DNA of 64,000 nt from Anaerolineae bacterium (GTDB lineage: Bacteria > Chloroflexota > Anaerolineae > UBA1429): positions 2,720,001-2,784,000 of the forward strand of contig OY776562.1 in NCBI GenBank assembly GCA_963675785.1. The letters are read 5' to 3'. A program made the position numbers and the translations under genes. The notes beneath the pieces were generated by a model. That model had not been told where the DNA came from and searched no databases. It worked only from the letters and a program-made list of their open reading frames with translations. Below are positions 31,084-40,097 of the stretch, piece by piece. Every line of letters begins with the position of its first letter. Position 1 is the first letter of the stretch.

Positions 31084-31111
31084 AGAGGGCGGGGAATCCC
31101 CGCCCTCTTTT
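31084..31111 (+). terminator. Intrinsic terminator after eno
   Basis: AGAGGGCGGGG-AAT-CCCCGCCCTCT-TTT. Confidence 0.85.
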
Positions 31112-31130
31112 CATATGAAAGGCAGAGCAA

Positions 31131-33749
31131 GTGATGCAGGCATTGCTCTGGTGGGCTCTATTAACGATCAGTGGGTGGGCCGCTTTACCGCTGATGTCGC
31201 ACATCCTCAAGACACCAGACAACAGCCTTGCGCTTGCGCATGTCCTCGGGCTAGCCCTGACCACTTTCACTATATGGCTCATCACTGTCGTCAGCCCAAT
31301 CCCCTTTTCGCAAGCTACCGTCCTGATCGTCATTGCCCTGTTGCTAGCAGTTTCTTTCTGGGCGTGGTTCAGGGATAAATCACTCACTCAGCAAGTCAAA
31401 CAGTCTTTTAAAAGCCTTCTCGTTGTTGAACTGCTTTTCGCGGCCTCTTTTGTGGCCTGTTTAGCGTTCCGCGCCAGCCTTCCGGCTGCAACCCATACGG
31501 AACAGCCCATGGATATGGCTATGCTCAGCTCGCTACTGCGCTCCTCGGCAATGCCCCCGGCCGATCCTTGGCTTTCTGGTCATACCATCAACTATTATTA
31601 TGGTGGATACCTGCAAATTGCCCTCGTTGCCAAAGCAACGGGCGCCAGTGCTGGTGCCGCCTACAACCTCGGCCTAGCCCAAGTCTTTGCTTTAGCGGTT
31701 ACAAGCTTGTACGGCCTCATCAAGCAGCTTTTACCAGCAAGACAATCCACAAAAACAAGAATCGCCCTAGCAGCCTTGGGCAGCCTGTCGATTATGCTAT
31801 CGGGCAATCTGGCCAGCCTGCTGCAATTAGCCGAGTCAGTCGGCATTTTCCCCACAGTCATCGTGAACTGGCTCTCACTGCCGAGTATTGGTAGTACTGG
31901 CGATTACTGGTGGTGGTTCAACGCTTCACGCATTGCCCAGGACACAAACGTCTTTGGCAGGCTGGCCACACTCATCACCGAATTTCCCTCTTTTGGTTTT
32001 ATTCTGGGGGATCTTCATCCGCATCTTGTGGACCTGCCGCTCTTTACGGCTGGCCTAGCGCTTTGCCTTCAAATAGGAAGCCGTCCCCATAAATCGTTCA
32101 AAGCGCTCGTTTGCAGCGTCGGCTTTTGGGTAGCTGCGGTTTTACTAGCGCTTGTCGCCATCACCAATAGTTGGGATCTGCCCACGCTGCTCTTCGTCTA
32201 TGCCCTCGTTGTGTTGCCACAAGAACGGCAAAAACATCCCTTTTGGAGAGCTCTCTGGCAAACTACCAAAGCATGTGCTCTACTTGGCATAACAGCGTCG
32301 GTACTGGCATCGCCCTTTTTTGTCCAGTTCGAAGCGCCTACGGGCGGCATTGGTATCAGCTACTATGCCTTTTCGGATATCGCCCTCTATGTACTCATGT
32401 TTGGTGTATGGCTATTACCTATTGCCCTACTCTTTGCCAGACGCCGGGCAGCATCCCGGACGAGCCTTACCTTGGCTCTCATCATCCTAGGTACCATCGT
32501 ACTGGGGGTTATCCTCTTGGGCGGGTGGGCGGATATTCTGCTTTCAGCCATTGGCATGTCCAGCGGAGGCTTGCTCTGGATTGCACTACTGCTGTGTCTG
32601 GCATCATTACTGGCGAACAGCCTACAGCCTCAACAGCCTAATGGCACCACCCTGATACGCAGCCTCTTGACCGTGGCACTGGCCATCTCTCTATTCGCCG
32701 AATGGTTCTACTTGCAGGATTCCTTTAACACCCGCATGAACACGCTATTCAAGGTATATGAGCAGGTTTGGATCATTTTGGGTGTAGTAGGGATCGCCTC
32801 TTTGGCTCAACTGATAGCACAGCACGGTTGGAAGCGCACCTTTGCCTGGGTGGCAGCCTCGCTCATGCTGCTCTCTTGCACATATACTTGGCAAGCGGTG
32901 GAAACCAGACTAGCTCAAGAAAGCGTCTCGCCCTCAATAGATGGAACTGCCTGGCTCCAAAATGCCAACGCTCAGGAATACGAGGCTCTGGTGTGGCTAG
33001 ATGAACATGCCGGAGAGGGCGATGTTCTCATCGAAGCTTGGGGCGATGAGTATGCTGCCAATGAATCCCGTTTTGCCGCCATAACCGGTGTATCCTCTGT
33101 ATTAGGCTGGTACGGCCATGAGGTGCAGTGGCGGGGGCAAACGACCGAACTTTTACAGCGTAAGAACGATATTGATGGTTTTTATGGCGAAAAGACGTCA
33201 GTAGACAAACTGCGAGACATCATCGAGGGTTACAGCATTGATTGGATCATTTATGGCCCGGCAGAGAGACAACAATACGCAATCGAAGAAGTGAATCCAC
33301 ATCTAGAGGAATTGACCCAAGTCGTCTTTGAAAACGATCAGGTGATCATTCTTCAAGTCGTTCCCCAAAAACGGATACGAGACAAAACAAAGAGCAGCTC
33401 TGATCAGAGCTGCTCTTTTACTTGGGGGTTCCCCCAATTACATTGCGTTAAAGCTGCGCATCAGGGAGGACTTTTTCCTGCCCACGCTATTCGCGTGCAG
33501 AACACCCTTTTGGGATGCCATATCCAGAGCACTCACTGCTTCACGTACTGCAAGCTCAGCTGCAGTCTTGTCGCCAGCCGCGATAGACTCGTTAGCCTTT
33601 TTCACGGCGGTCTTGGTCTGAGACATTACCATTCGATTGTGCATACGCCGCTTTTCGTTCTGGCGAACGCGCTTGAGCGCGGATATCGTGTGTGCCAAGG
33701 TAAATCCTCCATATGTAAATTAGAGCATACGCCATTTACAGATAAATAG
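31131..33749 (+). CDS. DUF2298 (YYY) polytopic membrane protein, putative GT-C glycosyltransferase; recognisable part ends near 33365
   Basis: 'TEQPMDMAML', 'DPWLSGHTINYYYGG', 'ITEFPSFGFILGDLHPH', 'NSWD', 'RMNTLFKVY', 'GWYGHEVQWR'. The last ~127 codons cross a terminator and rpsT. Confidence 0.85.
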   Translation: MMQALLWWALLTISGWAALPLMSHILKTPDNSLALAHVLGLALTTFTIWLITVVSPIPFSQATVLIVIALLLAVSFWAWFRDKSLTQQVKQSFKSLLVVELLFAASFVACLAFRASLPAATHTEQPMDMAMLSSLLRSSAMPPADPWLSGHTINYYYGGYLQIALVAKATGASAGAAYNLGLAQVFALAVTSLYGLIKQLLPARQSTKTRIALAALGSLSIMLSGNLASLLQLAESVGIFPTVIVNWLSLPSIGSTGDYWWWFNASRIAQDTNVFGRLATLITEFPSFGFILGDLHPHLVDLPLFTAGLALCLQIGSRPHKSFKALVCSVGFWVAAVLLALVAITNSWDLPTLLFVYALVVLPQERQKHPFWRALWQTTKACALLGITASVLASPFFVQFEAPTGGIGISYYAFSDIALYVLMFGVWLLPIALLFARRRAASRTSLTLALIILGTIVLGVILLGGWADILLSAIGMSSGGLLWIALLLCLASLLANSLQPQQPNGTTLIRSLLTVALAISLFAEWFYLQDSFNTRMNTLFKVYEQVWIILGVVGIASLAQLIAQHGWKRTFAWVAASLMLLSCTYTWQAVETRLAQESVSPSIDGTAWLQNANAQEYEALVWLDEHAGEGDVLIEAWGDEYAANESRFAAITGVSSVLGWYGHEVQWRGQTTELLQRKNDIDGFYGEKTSVDKLRDIIEGYSIDWIIYGPAERQQYAIEEVNPHLEELTQVVFENDQVIILQVVPQKRIRDKTKSSSDQSCSFTWGFPQLHCVKAAHQGGLFPAHAIRVQNTLLGCHIQSTHCFTYCKLSCSLVASRDRLVSLFHGGLGLRHYHSIVHTPLFVLANALERGYRVCQGKSSICKLEHTPFTDK
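33389..33437. terminator. 30-bp perfect palindrome (bidirectional terminator) plus a second short hairpin
   Basis: AAAGAGCAGCTCTGA|TCAGAGCTGCTCTTT (33389-33418) and TTGGGGG-TT-CCCCCAA (33422-33437). Confidence 0.8.
33438..33698 (-). CDS. rpsT: 30S ribosomal protein S20
   Basis: 'MAHTISALKRVRQNEKRRMHNR...KTAVKK...LDMASQKGVLHANSVGRKKSSL'; GGAGGA RBS, TTG start. Confidence 0.97.
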   Translation of the reverse strand: MAHTISALKRVRQNEKRRMHNRMVMSQTKTAVKKANESIAAGDKTAAELAVREAVSALDMASQKGVLHANSVGRKKSSLMRSFNAM

Positions 33750-33806
33750 TATATACAAACTTGTCCGGTCTGTCGAATTGGACAATAAGAGATGTGTTTC
33801 TGTTAG

Positions 33807-34589
33807 TTAGTTAGCTGGTTCGCGCAACGAGAAAACCACGTAAAGGCTAAAGGCAGCAAAGAGGGCATTGACCAACTCGGCCAGGGGCAGCCCCACCAGA
33901 CCCGCCAGCCCGGGGATGATTACCGCGATCGAAGCGTGATAGATAAAGGCAAAACCAAACCACCGCTTTTGCTTTGAAGCAATGCTTTGCAGAACCAGCA
34001 ATGACCAGGCTAATTGATGTGGTAACGTAAGCACGCGCTCCACGGCAACGAGAAGCGGTTGTTCCCACGAGGTGCTGGCAATTGTGGTGAGCACCTCCTT
34101 GAGGCCTTCGCTTGCCCCTGCACCCAATGCATCCATCACCGTGCTTGGGCCAACAAAACTAATCATCACATAACCCAAAAGATACACAAAGGTCAGACCT
34201 GCGATAAGAATCATCGTCTCGACTGAAGCATGCCCCAAGCCATACATGATGCCATTTTCCCAGTTGAGATCGGCCTCAAGTCGGGGAAACAAAACCTTGT
34301 ATCCCCAAAAACGTCCGCCTTCCTCTATGAGGCTTGTCAAGGCCGCCATGGCCAAAAGCCAGAGAAAGGCTGCGGTTTCGCCACCATAGGTGGCGCCGAA
34401 CACTATATCCAGGTAGGCACTTAATGGCAGCCAGGTAACCAGTTGAAATAGAGCGAATACAAAAGCTCCAGCAAAAAAAACGTGCCAGCTAACATGTGCG
34501 CGCCGACGAAACCGGAGCGTTATGCCCAGAGGAAAACCCACCTGAACGATCAATGACACAATAAATGCGATAATAGTCGGTCCGCTCAA
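33807..34589 (-). CDS. YhfC family intramembrane glutamic-type metalloprotease
   Basis: 'LIEEGGRF', 'GIMYGLGHASVE', 'ERVLTLPHQ', 'FIYHA'; multi-TM. Confidence 0.85.
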   Translation of the reverse strand: MSGPTIIAFIVSLIVQVGFPLGITLRFRRRAHVSWHVFFAGAFVFALFQLVTWLPLSAYLDIVFGATYGGETAAFLWLLAMAALTSLIEEGGRFWGYKVLFPRLEADLNWENGIMYGLGHASVETMILIAGLTFVYLLGYVMISFVGPSTVMDALGAGASEGLKEVLTTIASTSWEQPLLVAVERVLTLPHQLAWSLLVLQSIASKQKRWFGFAFIYHASIAVIIPGLAGLVGLPLAELVNALFAAFSLYVVFSLREPAN

Positions 34590-34728
34590 GTCATCCCCCC
34601 ATGATCGGATCGCAAGGATTCATTCTGTCCATTATATGCCGCCTCAGCGTCCTGACAACCTAAAGTTTAGCTCGCACGGAATCAGCAGACCTGCTATACT
34701 CTGAACATTCGCTGTAAATGGAAAGAGG

Positions 34729-34887
34729 GTGAGTACGAAGACGCGTCCGATCTTTTGGCTTGATCTCTTTATTCTCATCGTCGTGATGTTTCTGGTCATT
34801 GCTCAACAGTGGGATTATGTGTTGGCGTTACTTATTGCGTTGGTGGTTATGAACTATTTCCACCGCACGATAAATGATCGAGAATAG
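34729..34887 (+). CDS. Small two-helix membrane protein (52 aa), absent from the ORF track
   Basis: GTG...TAG; MSTKTRPIFWLDLFILIVVMFLVIAQQWDYVLALLIALVVMNYFHRTINDRE; purine-rich RBS and TGCTATACT extended -10 at 34692-34700. Confidence 0.65.
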   Translation: MSTKTRPIFWLDLFILIVVMFLVIAQQWDYVLALLIALVVMNYFHRTINDRE

Positions 34888-34912
34888 AATAATATGATAT
34901 TATGTATAATAA

Positions 34913-34941
34913 TTGTAACAAGCCCTCGGCTTGGCTATACT
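34913..34941 (+). promoter_or_regulatory. relA promoter (leaderless arrangement)
   Basis: TTGTAA-17 nt-TATACT, 6 nt before ATG 34948; no SD. Confidence 0.6.
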
Positions 34942-34947
34942 TGAGTT

Positions 34948-37095
34948 ATGGAAGAACAAACGGTCCTCTTACAATCAAAAGAGCTTCTTGATCGGGTACG
35001 CGCCTATTACCCTGAAGATGTAGAGCGTGTGCAGCACGCCATCGATTACGCCATCCAGGCGCATGATGGGCAGTTTCGCGTGTCTGGCGATCCTTATATC
35101 GTACACCCGCTTGAGGTAGCCATCATCCTTGCAGATTTGCAAATGGATGTCTCTACCGTCATTGCCGGCATATTGCACGATGTTGTTGAGGATACCGGGG
35201 TCACTCTGGAGGAACTATCCGAGCAGTTCGGATCCACAGTGGCTCAACTAGTAGATGGTGTTACCAAGCTGTTGCGTGTCAAACGAAAGAGCAAGGTAGA
35301 TACCGACGATCTGGACGACGAGCAGGCTGAAAATCTTCGCAAGATGATATTGGCCATGGTGGATGATATTCGAGTTGTCATCATCAAACTGGCCGATCGC
35401 CTGCATAACATGCGCACACTGAGTGCGCTACCCCGAGAGAAACAGATACGCAAAGCCCGTGAGACCCTTGAAGTGTACGCTCCCCTGGCCAACCGCATGG
35501 GTATCTGGCAGCTCAAATGGCAACTCGAGGATCTTTCTTTTCGTTATCTGAACGAAGAAAAGTATTACGAGATTGCACAATTGCTGGCCGAACGCCGTAG
35601 CGACCGCTCTGGCTACCTTGAGCGCGTCATCAACAGTATCAGAGATAACCTTGCTGCACAGGGCATCCAAGCCCGCATTACGGGCCGCCCCAAGCACATC
35701 TATAGCATTTACCGCAAGATGATGACTAAAGCACGCGTTTTTGACCATATCTATGACGTACGCGGTATTCGCATCATCGTTGATCAGGTGCAAGATTGCT
35801 ACCACGTGCTGGGCATAGTCCATACCATGTGGCGGCCTATCCCCGGCGAATTTGACGATTACATCGCCATGCCCAAAGACAATGGCTACCAATCGCTGCA
35901 TACGGCAGTGGTAGCCCTGGATGGTCGCCCTCTTGAAGTGCAAATCCGCACCGAAGAGATGCATCAGGTTGCCGAGTTCGGTATCGCCGCCCACTGGCGG
36001 TACAAAGAGGGAGTTAAACGGGATAAATCCATCGAAGACAAGATAGCCTGGCTGCGACAGGTGACTGACTGGCGCGAAGAAGTAGAAGATGCTGGCCAGT
36101 TTGTTGATTCGATGAAGAGCGATGTCTTTGTCGATCGTATCTATGTCTTTACCCCCAAAGGCGAGATCATTGACCTCCCCCAGGGGGCCACCCCCGTTGA
36201 TTTTGCATATCAGATCCACTCTGAGATTGGCCACCGCTGCCGCGGGGCCAAGATCGATGGCCGCCTTGTCGCGCTCGATTACAAACTCAAGACGGGCGAC
36301 CAGGTAGAGATCATCACTGCCAAACAGGGCAAGCCCAGTCGTGACTGGCTCAACTCCAGCCTGGGCTATGTTGCCACACAACGTGCACGTCAAAAGATTC
36401 GCCAGTGGTTTAGGCGGCAAGAGCGCGAACAGAACATCTCCGCAGGCCGCGAAATACTTGAGCGTGAATTACACCGTCTGGGGTTCGAACAGCAATCTTT
36501 TACCGAGATAGCTCACCTTTTCAAGTACGACCGTGTCGAAGACTTTATGGCCGCGCTTGGTTATGGCGATGTCAGCCGAACCCAAATCGCTGCCAAGATC
36601 GATGCGGCTGAGCAGAAAACCGACGGCCTCAAACTCAAGGATCTCACTTTTAGCAGCGATACCGAGGTTCAGGTCGATGGTGTTGGTGATCTGCTCACAA
36701 AATTCGGGCAATGCTGCAGCCCCGTGCCTGGTGATGCTATCGTGGGGTACATTACACGTGGCAAAGGTATTACCATTCACCGTGCCGATTGCCCCAACAT
36801 CGTCAACTTGGACGACAGCGAACGCCTGATTAATGTATCCTGGTCGCAAGGGGAAAAGATTTATGCCGTTCAGCTGCGCATAGACGCATTTGATCGACCA
36901 GGCATGTTAAGGGATATTGCTTCTATTGTTGCAGATGCAGGTATCAGTATGTCTTCCGTCAATGTGACTTCCAACCCTGATAGTACCACTACCATCAAAG
37001 CAAGCATGGGGGTTCATAGTGTTACTGAGTTAGCTTCCCTCATCAACAAGCTACAAGGCATTCGAGACATTCTGGATGTCACCAGAATGGCATAA
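34948..37095 (+). CDS. relA: Bifunctional (p)ppGpp synthetase/hydrolase Rel
   Basis: Intact 'LHDVVEDT', 'KLADRLHNMRTL', 'GRPKHIYSI', 'NGYQSLHT', 'EVQIRT', TGS and ACT domains. Confidence 0.97.
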   Translation: MEEQTVLLQSKELLDRVRAYYPEDVERVQHAIDYAIQAHDGQFRVSGDPYIVHPLEVAIILADLQMDVSTVIAGILHDVVEDTGVTLEELSEQFGSTVAQLVDGVTKLLRVKRKSKVDTDDLDDEQAENLRKMILAMVDDIRVVIIKLADRLHNMRTLSALPREKQIRKARETLEVYAPLANRMGIWQLKWQLEDLSFRYLNEEKYYEIAQLLAERRSDRSGYLERVINSIRDNLAAQGIQARITGRPKHIYSIYRKMMTKARVFDHIYDVRGIRIIVDQVQDCYHVLGIVHTMWRPIPGEFDDYIAMPKDNGYQSLHTAVVALDGRPLEVQIRTEEMHQVAEFGIAAHWRYKEGVKRDKSIEDKIAWLRQVTDWREEVEDAGQFVDSMKSDVFVDRIYVFTPKGEIIDLPQGATPVDFAYQIHSEIGHRCRGAKIDGRLVALDYKLKTGDQVEIITAKQGKPSRDWLNSSLGYVATQRARQKIRQWFRRQEREQNISAGREILERELHRLGFEQQSFTEIAHLFKYDRVEDFMAALGYGDVSRTQIAAKIDAAEQKTDGLKLKDLTFSSDTEVQVDGVGDLLTKFGQCCSPVPGDAIVGYITRGKGITIHRADCPNIVNLDDSERLINVSWSQGEKIYAVQLRIDAFDRPGMLRDIASIVADAGISMSSVNVTSNPDSTTTIKASMGVHSVTELASLINKLQGIRDILDVTRMA

Positions 37096-37128
37096 AAAAA
37101 CAACCCTCTGCAAGCAGGGGGTTGTTTT
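37094..37128. terminator. Bidirectional intrinsic terminator
   Basis: AAAACAACCCTCTGC-AA-GCAGGGGGTTGTTTT. Confidence 0.8.
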
Positions 37129-37149
37129 CACAAGTTCTAATGAATCGAT

Positions 37150-38388
37150 CTAGAGATCAGGGATCATGGAAGATGTCCAATAACTCTTGACGTCATCCGC
37201 AGCACGTTGTTCTGCGAACCACGCATCCGCGGCATCCTCTTGCACAAGGCTAAGTGAGTATTCGTCCAATTCCATATCCTCAGCCTGGTCGGTCACTTTG
37301 AGCAATTCCCAACCATTCGACGTCTCAACCGGTTCGCTGGTCTCGCCAACTTCAAGTGCAAAGGCCACTTCAGCTAGCGCATCAGACATCTGCGCCGCAG
37401 GAACCCAACCAACTTCGGCACTCACGCTCATATCGAGATTCTCTTCACGCTCCTGAGCCATCTCCTCAAAGCTGGCCCCCGCGAGTACCAGTTCGCGTGC
37501 AGTCTGAGCTTCTTCCTCAGTATCAAAAGCCATTCGCCACAAATAGATCTGCTCGGCAGTAGTCGGGGCCTCTGCCATAATAGCATTCTGGACGGCCTCT
37601 AAATACAAAGAGTTTTCTACAAGCTTGTATAGATCCTCTTTGGTATACCCGGAGGCCGCCTCAATACTGGTGAAATAAGAGTCGGCTGTCGTCTCGTATT
37701 CTTCTTGTGTCATGGGTACTTCAGTAGGTGTTGCAGTAGCCTCAACTGTGGCGGTAACCGTCTCAGTTGTCGTAATAGAATCCGTCACTATTGCTGTAGG
37801 TACCGTAGTTGCTGTGGGAACAAGTGTCGCCGTAATAGTCTCAGCAGCAGCTATAGCAGTTGCCGAAGCTGCATCGGCTTCACGGTCATAGCCAAAGGTG
37901 CTCTCGACCTCAAGCTGAACCTCTTCATCCGTGATGACAATACCGCGAGCCTCTGCCTCGCGTCGAGCGATGGCATAGTTCAAGAGCTCGTCCAACACAG
38001 TTGTTGGCAGTTCCTGAATCTCTTGTTGAACAGTTTCAATCTCTGACTCGTACGTCGAGACAAGGAAGGACAAATCCTCACTCGAGTTAAAATAGTCAAC
38101 ATAGTCGTTCAGCGTCGAAAGCTCATCCCACAATGTTACAGCACGATAAGCATATAAACCTTGATAATCGGCCAATGTGATCTTTTGGTCGCCTACTCTG
38201 GCAACTGCCTTGTTTGGCTTCCATGAATACTCGTAAAGGGCACCAAAAACAAGAATCGACACAACCAAACCGATTACGCCGTAGGTGCTAATCTTGGCAA
38301 TGCGATCCATACGTTCCTGTCGAGCACGGTGTGACTTGTGCTTGGGGCTCAGGAACTCGTCAGAGGGTCTAACTGACTTTTTAGACAT
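37150..38388 (-). CDS. SurA/PrsA-like membrane-anchored peptidylprolyl isomerase (parvulin)
   Basis: N-terminal TM, 'VARVGDQKIT', T/P linker, rotamase 'FEEMAQE...VGWV...AFALEVGETSEPVETSNGWELLKV'; RBS AGGAG. Confidence 0.85.
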   Translation of the reverse strand: MSKKSVRPSDEFLSPKHKSHRARQERMDRIAKISTYGVIGLVVSILVFGALYEYSWKPNKAVARVGDQKITLADYQGLYAYRAVTLWDELSTLNDYVDYFNSSEDLSFLVSTYESEIETVQQEIQELPTTVLDELLNYAIARREAEARGIVITDEEVQLEVESTFGYDREADAASATAIAAAETITATLVPTATTVPTAIVTDSITTTETVTATVEATATPTEVPMTQEEYETTADSYFTSIEAASGYTKEDLYKLVENSLYLEAVQNAIMAEAPTTAEQIYLWRMAFDTEEEAQTARELVLAGASFEEMAQEREENLDMSVSAEVGWVPAAQMSDALAEVAFALEVGETSEPVETSNGWELLKVTDQAEDMELDEYSLSLVQEDAADAWFAEQRAADDVKSYWTSSMIPDL

Positions 38389-38400
38389 ATCGTCTCCTAG

Positions 38401-38437
38401 AAACAAAAGAGGGGCACTGGCCAACGCCCATGCCCCT
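38401..38437 (-). terminator. Intrinsic terminator after the S6-S18 fusion gene
   Basis: AGGGGCA...TGCCCCT followed by CTTTTGTTT on the minus strand. Confidence 0.65.
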
Positions 38438-38489
38438 ACCAAAGACCCCTGCAATCATTTCAGCTCTTGCCGCAAAGCGGTGCGAATGA

Positions 38490-39086
38490 CTAGTCGTTCT
38501 CACGCACGTGCGCAGGCGCATAAGGCAACAGAGCCATATAGCGAGATCGCTTGATGGCGTTAGAGAGCATGCGCTGGTGCTTGGCGCAGGAATTCGTCCG
38601 GCGTCGCGGCAGAATACGCCCACGCTGATTGACATAGCGTCGTAGAGTAGCTACATCCTTATAGTCGATCTCATCGATATTCTCAACACAAAAGTTGCAA
38701 ACCTTTTGATGATGACGGTGCGAACGCTGCTGATCTCCACCAGAGCGAGATCCACCCTCTTCATCCTGTTCTGCATCTTGGACTTCTTCGACGACAACTA
38801 CTGGCTCAACCCTGAGCATAATGTCGCGAAGTATGTCTTCAGACAGTCGCAGTGCTCGCTTGACAGCTTCAAGTGCGGGGTTACTCATCTCAGCAAGAAC
38901 CAAGACATAGTGCCCGTCCCGATATCGACCGATAGGATACGCCAGCTGCCTCTTGCCCATATCCGTCACTTTGGTTATAACACCCTCGTTCGAGGTAATG
39001 GTTTCTTTTACCTGCTCGACGAGAGCGTTGAGCTGCTCCTCTTCCAAAGTGGGCTGCACAACAAACAATAATTCGTAACTACGCAA
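38490..39086 (-). CDS. rpsF-rpsR: Fused 30S ribosomal proteins bS6-bS18 (198 aa)
   Basis: N-half '[12 protein letters not shown]...[10 protein letters not shown]...GHYVL...LRLSEDILR' is S6; C-half 'KVCNFC...[50 protein letters not shown]' is S18; no stop between; TTG start behind GGAGGAGG. Confidence 0.93.
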   Translation of the reverse strand: MRSYELLFVVQPTLEEEQLNALVEQVKETITSNEGVITKVTDMGKRQLAYPIGRYRDGHYVLVLAEMSNPALEAVKRALRLSEDILRDIMLRVEPVVVVEEVQDAEQDEEGGSRSGGDQQRSHRHHQKVCNFCVENIDEIDYKDVATLRRYVNQRGRILPRRRTNSCAKHQRMLSNAIKRSRYMALLPYAPAHVREND

Positions 39087-39093
39087 GATGGTG

Positions 39094-39163
39094 CCTCCTC
39101 CCTGCGGATTCGCCCCACTCCTTTTTACGACGTTGGCCACGTCGTTACGGTGGGGCAGAAAGG
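39094..39163 (-). promoter_or_regulatory. S6:S18-type ribosomal protein leader RNA
   Basis: Minus strand: CCUUUCUGC can pair with GCAGGGAGG (overlapping the SD); inner stems CCCAC/GUGGG and ACGACGU/ACGUCGU; a CCG at the junction 5' of the SD-containing strand. Confidence 0.7.
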
Positions 39164-39195
39164 TAACTATCGATGCGCCAAGCGCATCATCATAG

Positions 39196-39224
39196 ATTAT
39201 ACGTGCTAGCGCACGACCTGCCAA
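39196..39224 (-). promoter_or_regulatory. Sigma70 promoter of the rpsF-rpsR fusion
   Basis: TTGGCA-17 nt-TATAAT. Confidence 0.7.
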
Positions 39225-39230
39225 AATGAG

Positions 39231-39908
39231 CTATGTTCTAGTCTCTCGGGCTTGTTCTAGTATAGCTGCAGACCATTCACAGCCACCTTTTTGCAAAGCA
39301 TAGGGGCATGCTTGTAACGGATGCACGGGGATATCCAATTCAAGGCTTGCAAGCGCATTATACAGATGGCAAAGCGGCAACCCCATTACGTTGGCATAGC
39401 ATTGTTGAATGCTCTCAACGGGCTGAAACGCATTGGACTGGATGGCATAAGCGCCCGCTTTGTCCATAGGGTTCCCCGTTGCGACATATTGGAATATCTC
39501 AGCATTTGTGTACTCTCGCATCTGCACAGGCGTAGTGGCCAGTTGTATGTTCGCAATGCCTCGCACTTGACAAATAACGGCCAAGCCCGTATGAACAAGG
39601 TGTTCTCGACCACGCAAACGCTGCAGCATTTCAACCGCTTGAGCCTCATCTGCGGGCTTACCCAAAACCGCATTATCGATGACAACCAGGGTATCCGCAG
39701 CAATAATGACCGATTCATGATACTCTTGGCTAACTACACAAGCCTTGGATTCAGCCAGGCGAAGAGCTAACGCCTCAGGGACTTCACAGTCATGGGGATT
39801 CTCGTCGACATCAGAAACAATTATATCGAAATGCAGACCTAAACTACCGAGTAGCTCGCTCCGCCGAGGTGAACCTGATGCCAATACAATCTGAATGACA
39901 TGATCCAA
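39231..39908 (-). CDS. maf: Maf family nucleoside triphosphate pyrophosphatase
   Basis: 'LASGSPRRSELL', 'IIAADTLV', 'LGKP', 'DKAGAYAIQ', 'NVMGLP'. Confidence 0.94.
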   Translation of the reverse strand: MDHVIQIVLASGSPRRSELLGSLGLHFDIIVSDVDENPHDCEVPEALALRLAESKACVVSQEYHESVIIAADTLVVIDNAVLGKPADEAQAVEMLQRLRGREHLVHTGLAVICQVRGIANIQLATTPVQMREYTNAEIFQYVATGNPMDKAGAYAIQSNAFQPVESIQQCYANVMGLPLCHLYNALASLELDIPVHPLQACPYALQKGGCEWSAAILEQARETRT

Positions 39909-40097
39909 AATAGTTACCTACCTCTGTCTCTTTTACTATCGATTATATGGACAGTCCACTGGAGCTTCAAATAGATTAAATGCCTATTGTAACTTTTATG
40001 CTGCTTTCCTTTACTTTGTGTTAACCATGCACTACAATGGGTTGGACATTGTGACCCAGCCATAGTCTGCATTTCAGAGACGGATGGGGAGGAAAAG

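Noticed and set aside
35428-36420. 330-aa ORF antisense to relA (likewise 12514..13311, 4799..5506, 28414..29157, 30303..30944, 25546..26235)
   Set aside because: Each lies opposite a well-recognised gene and has no motifs of its own; these are typical codon-bias shadow ORFs.
39087-39224. 46-aa N-terminal extension of the S6-S18 ORF in the track
   Set aside because: The track's TTG is the -35 box and the region is promoter plus leader RNA. The real start is TTG 39086 behind GGAGGAGG.
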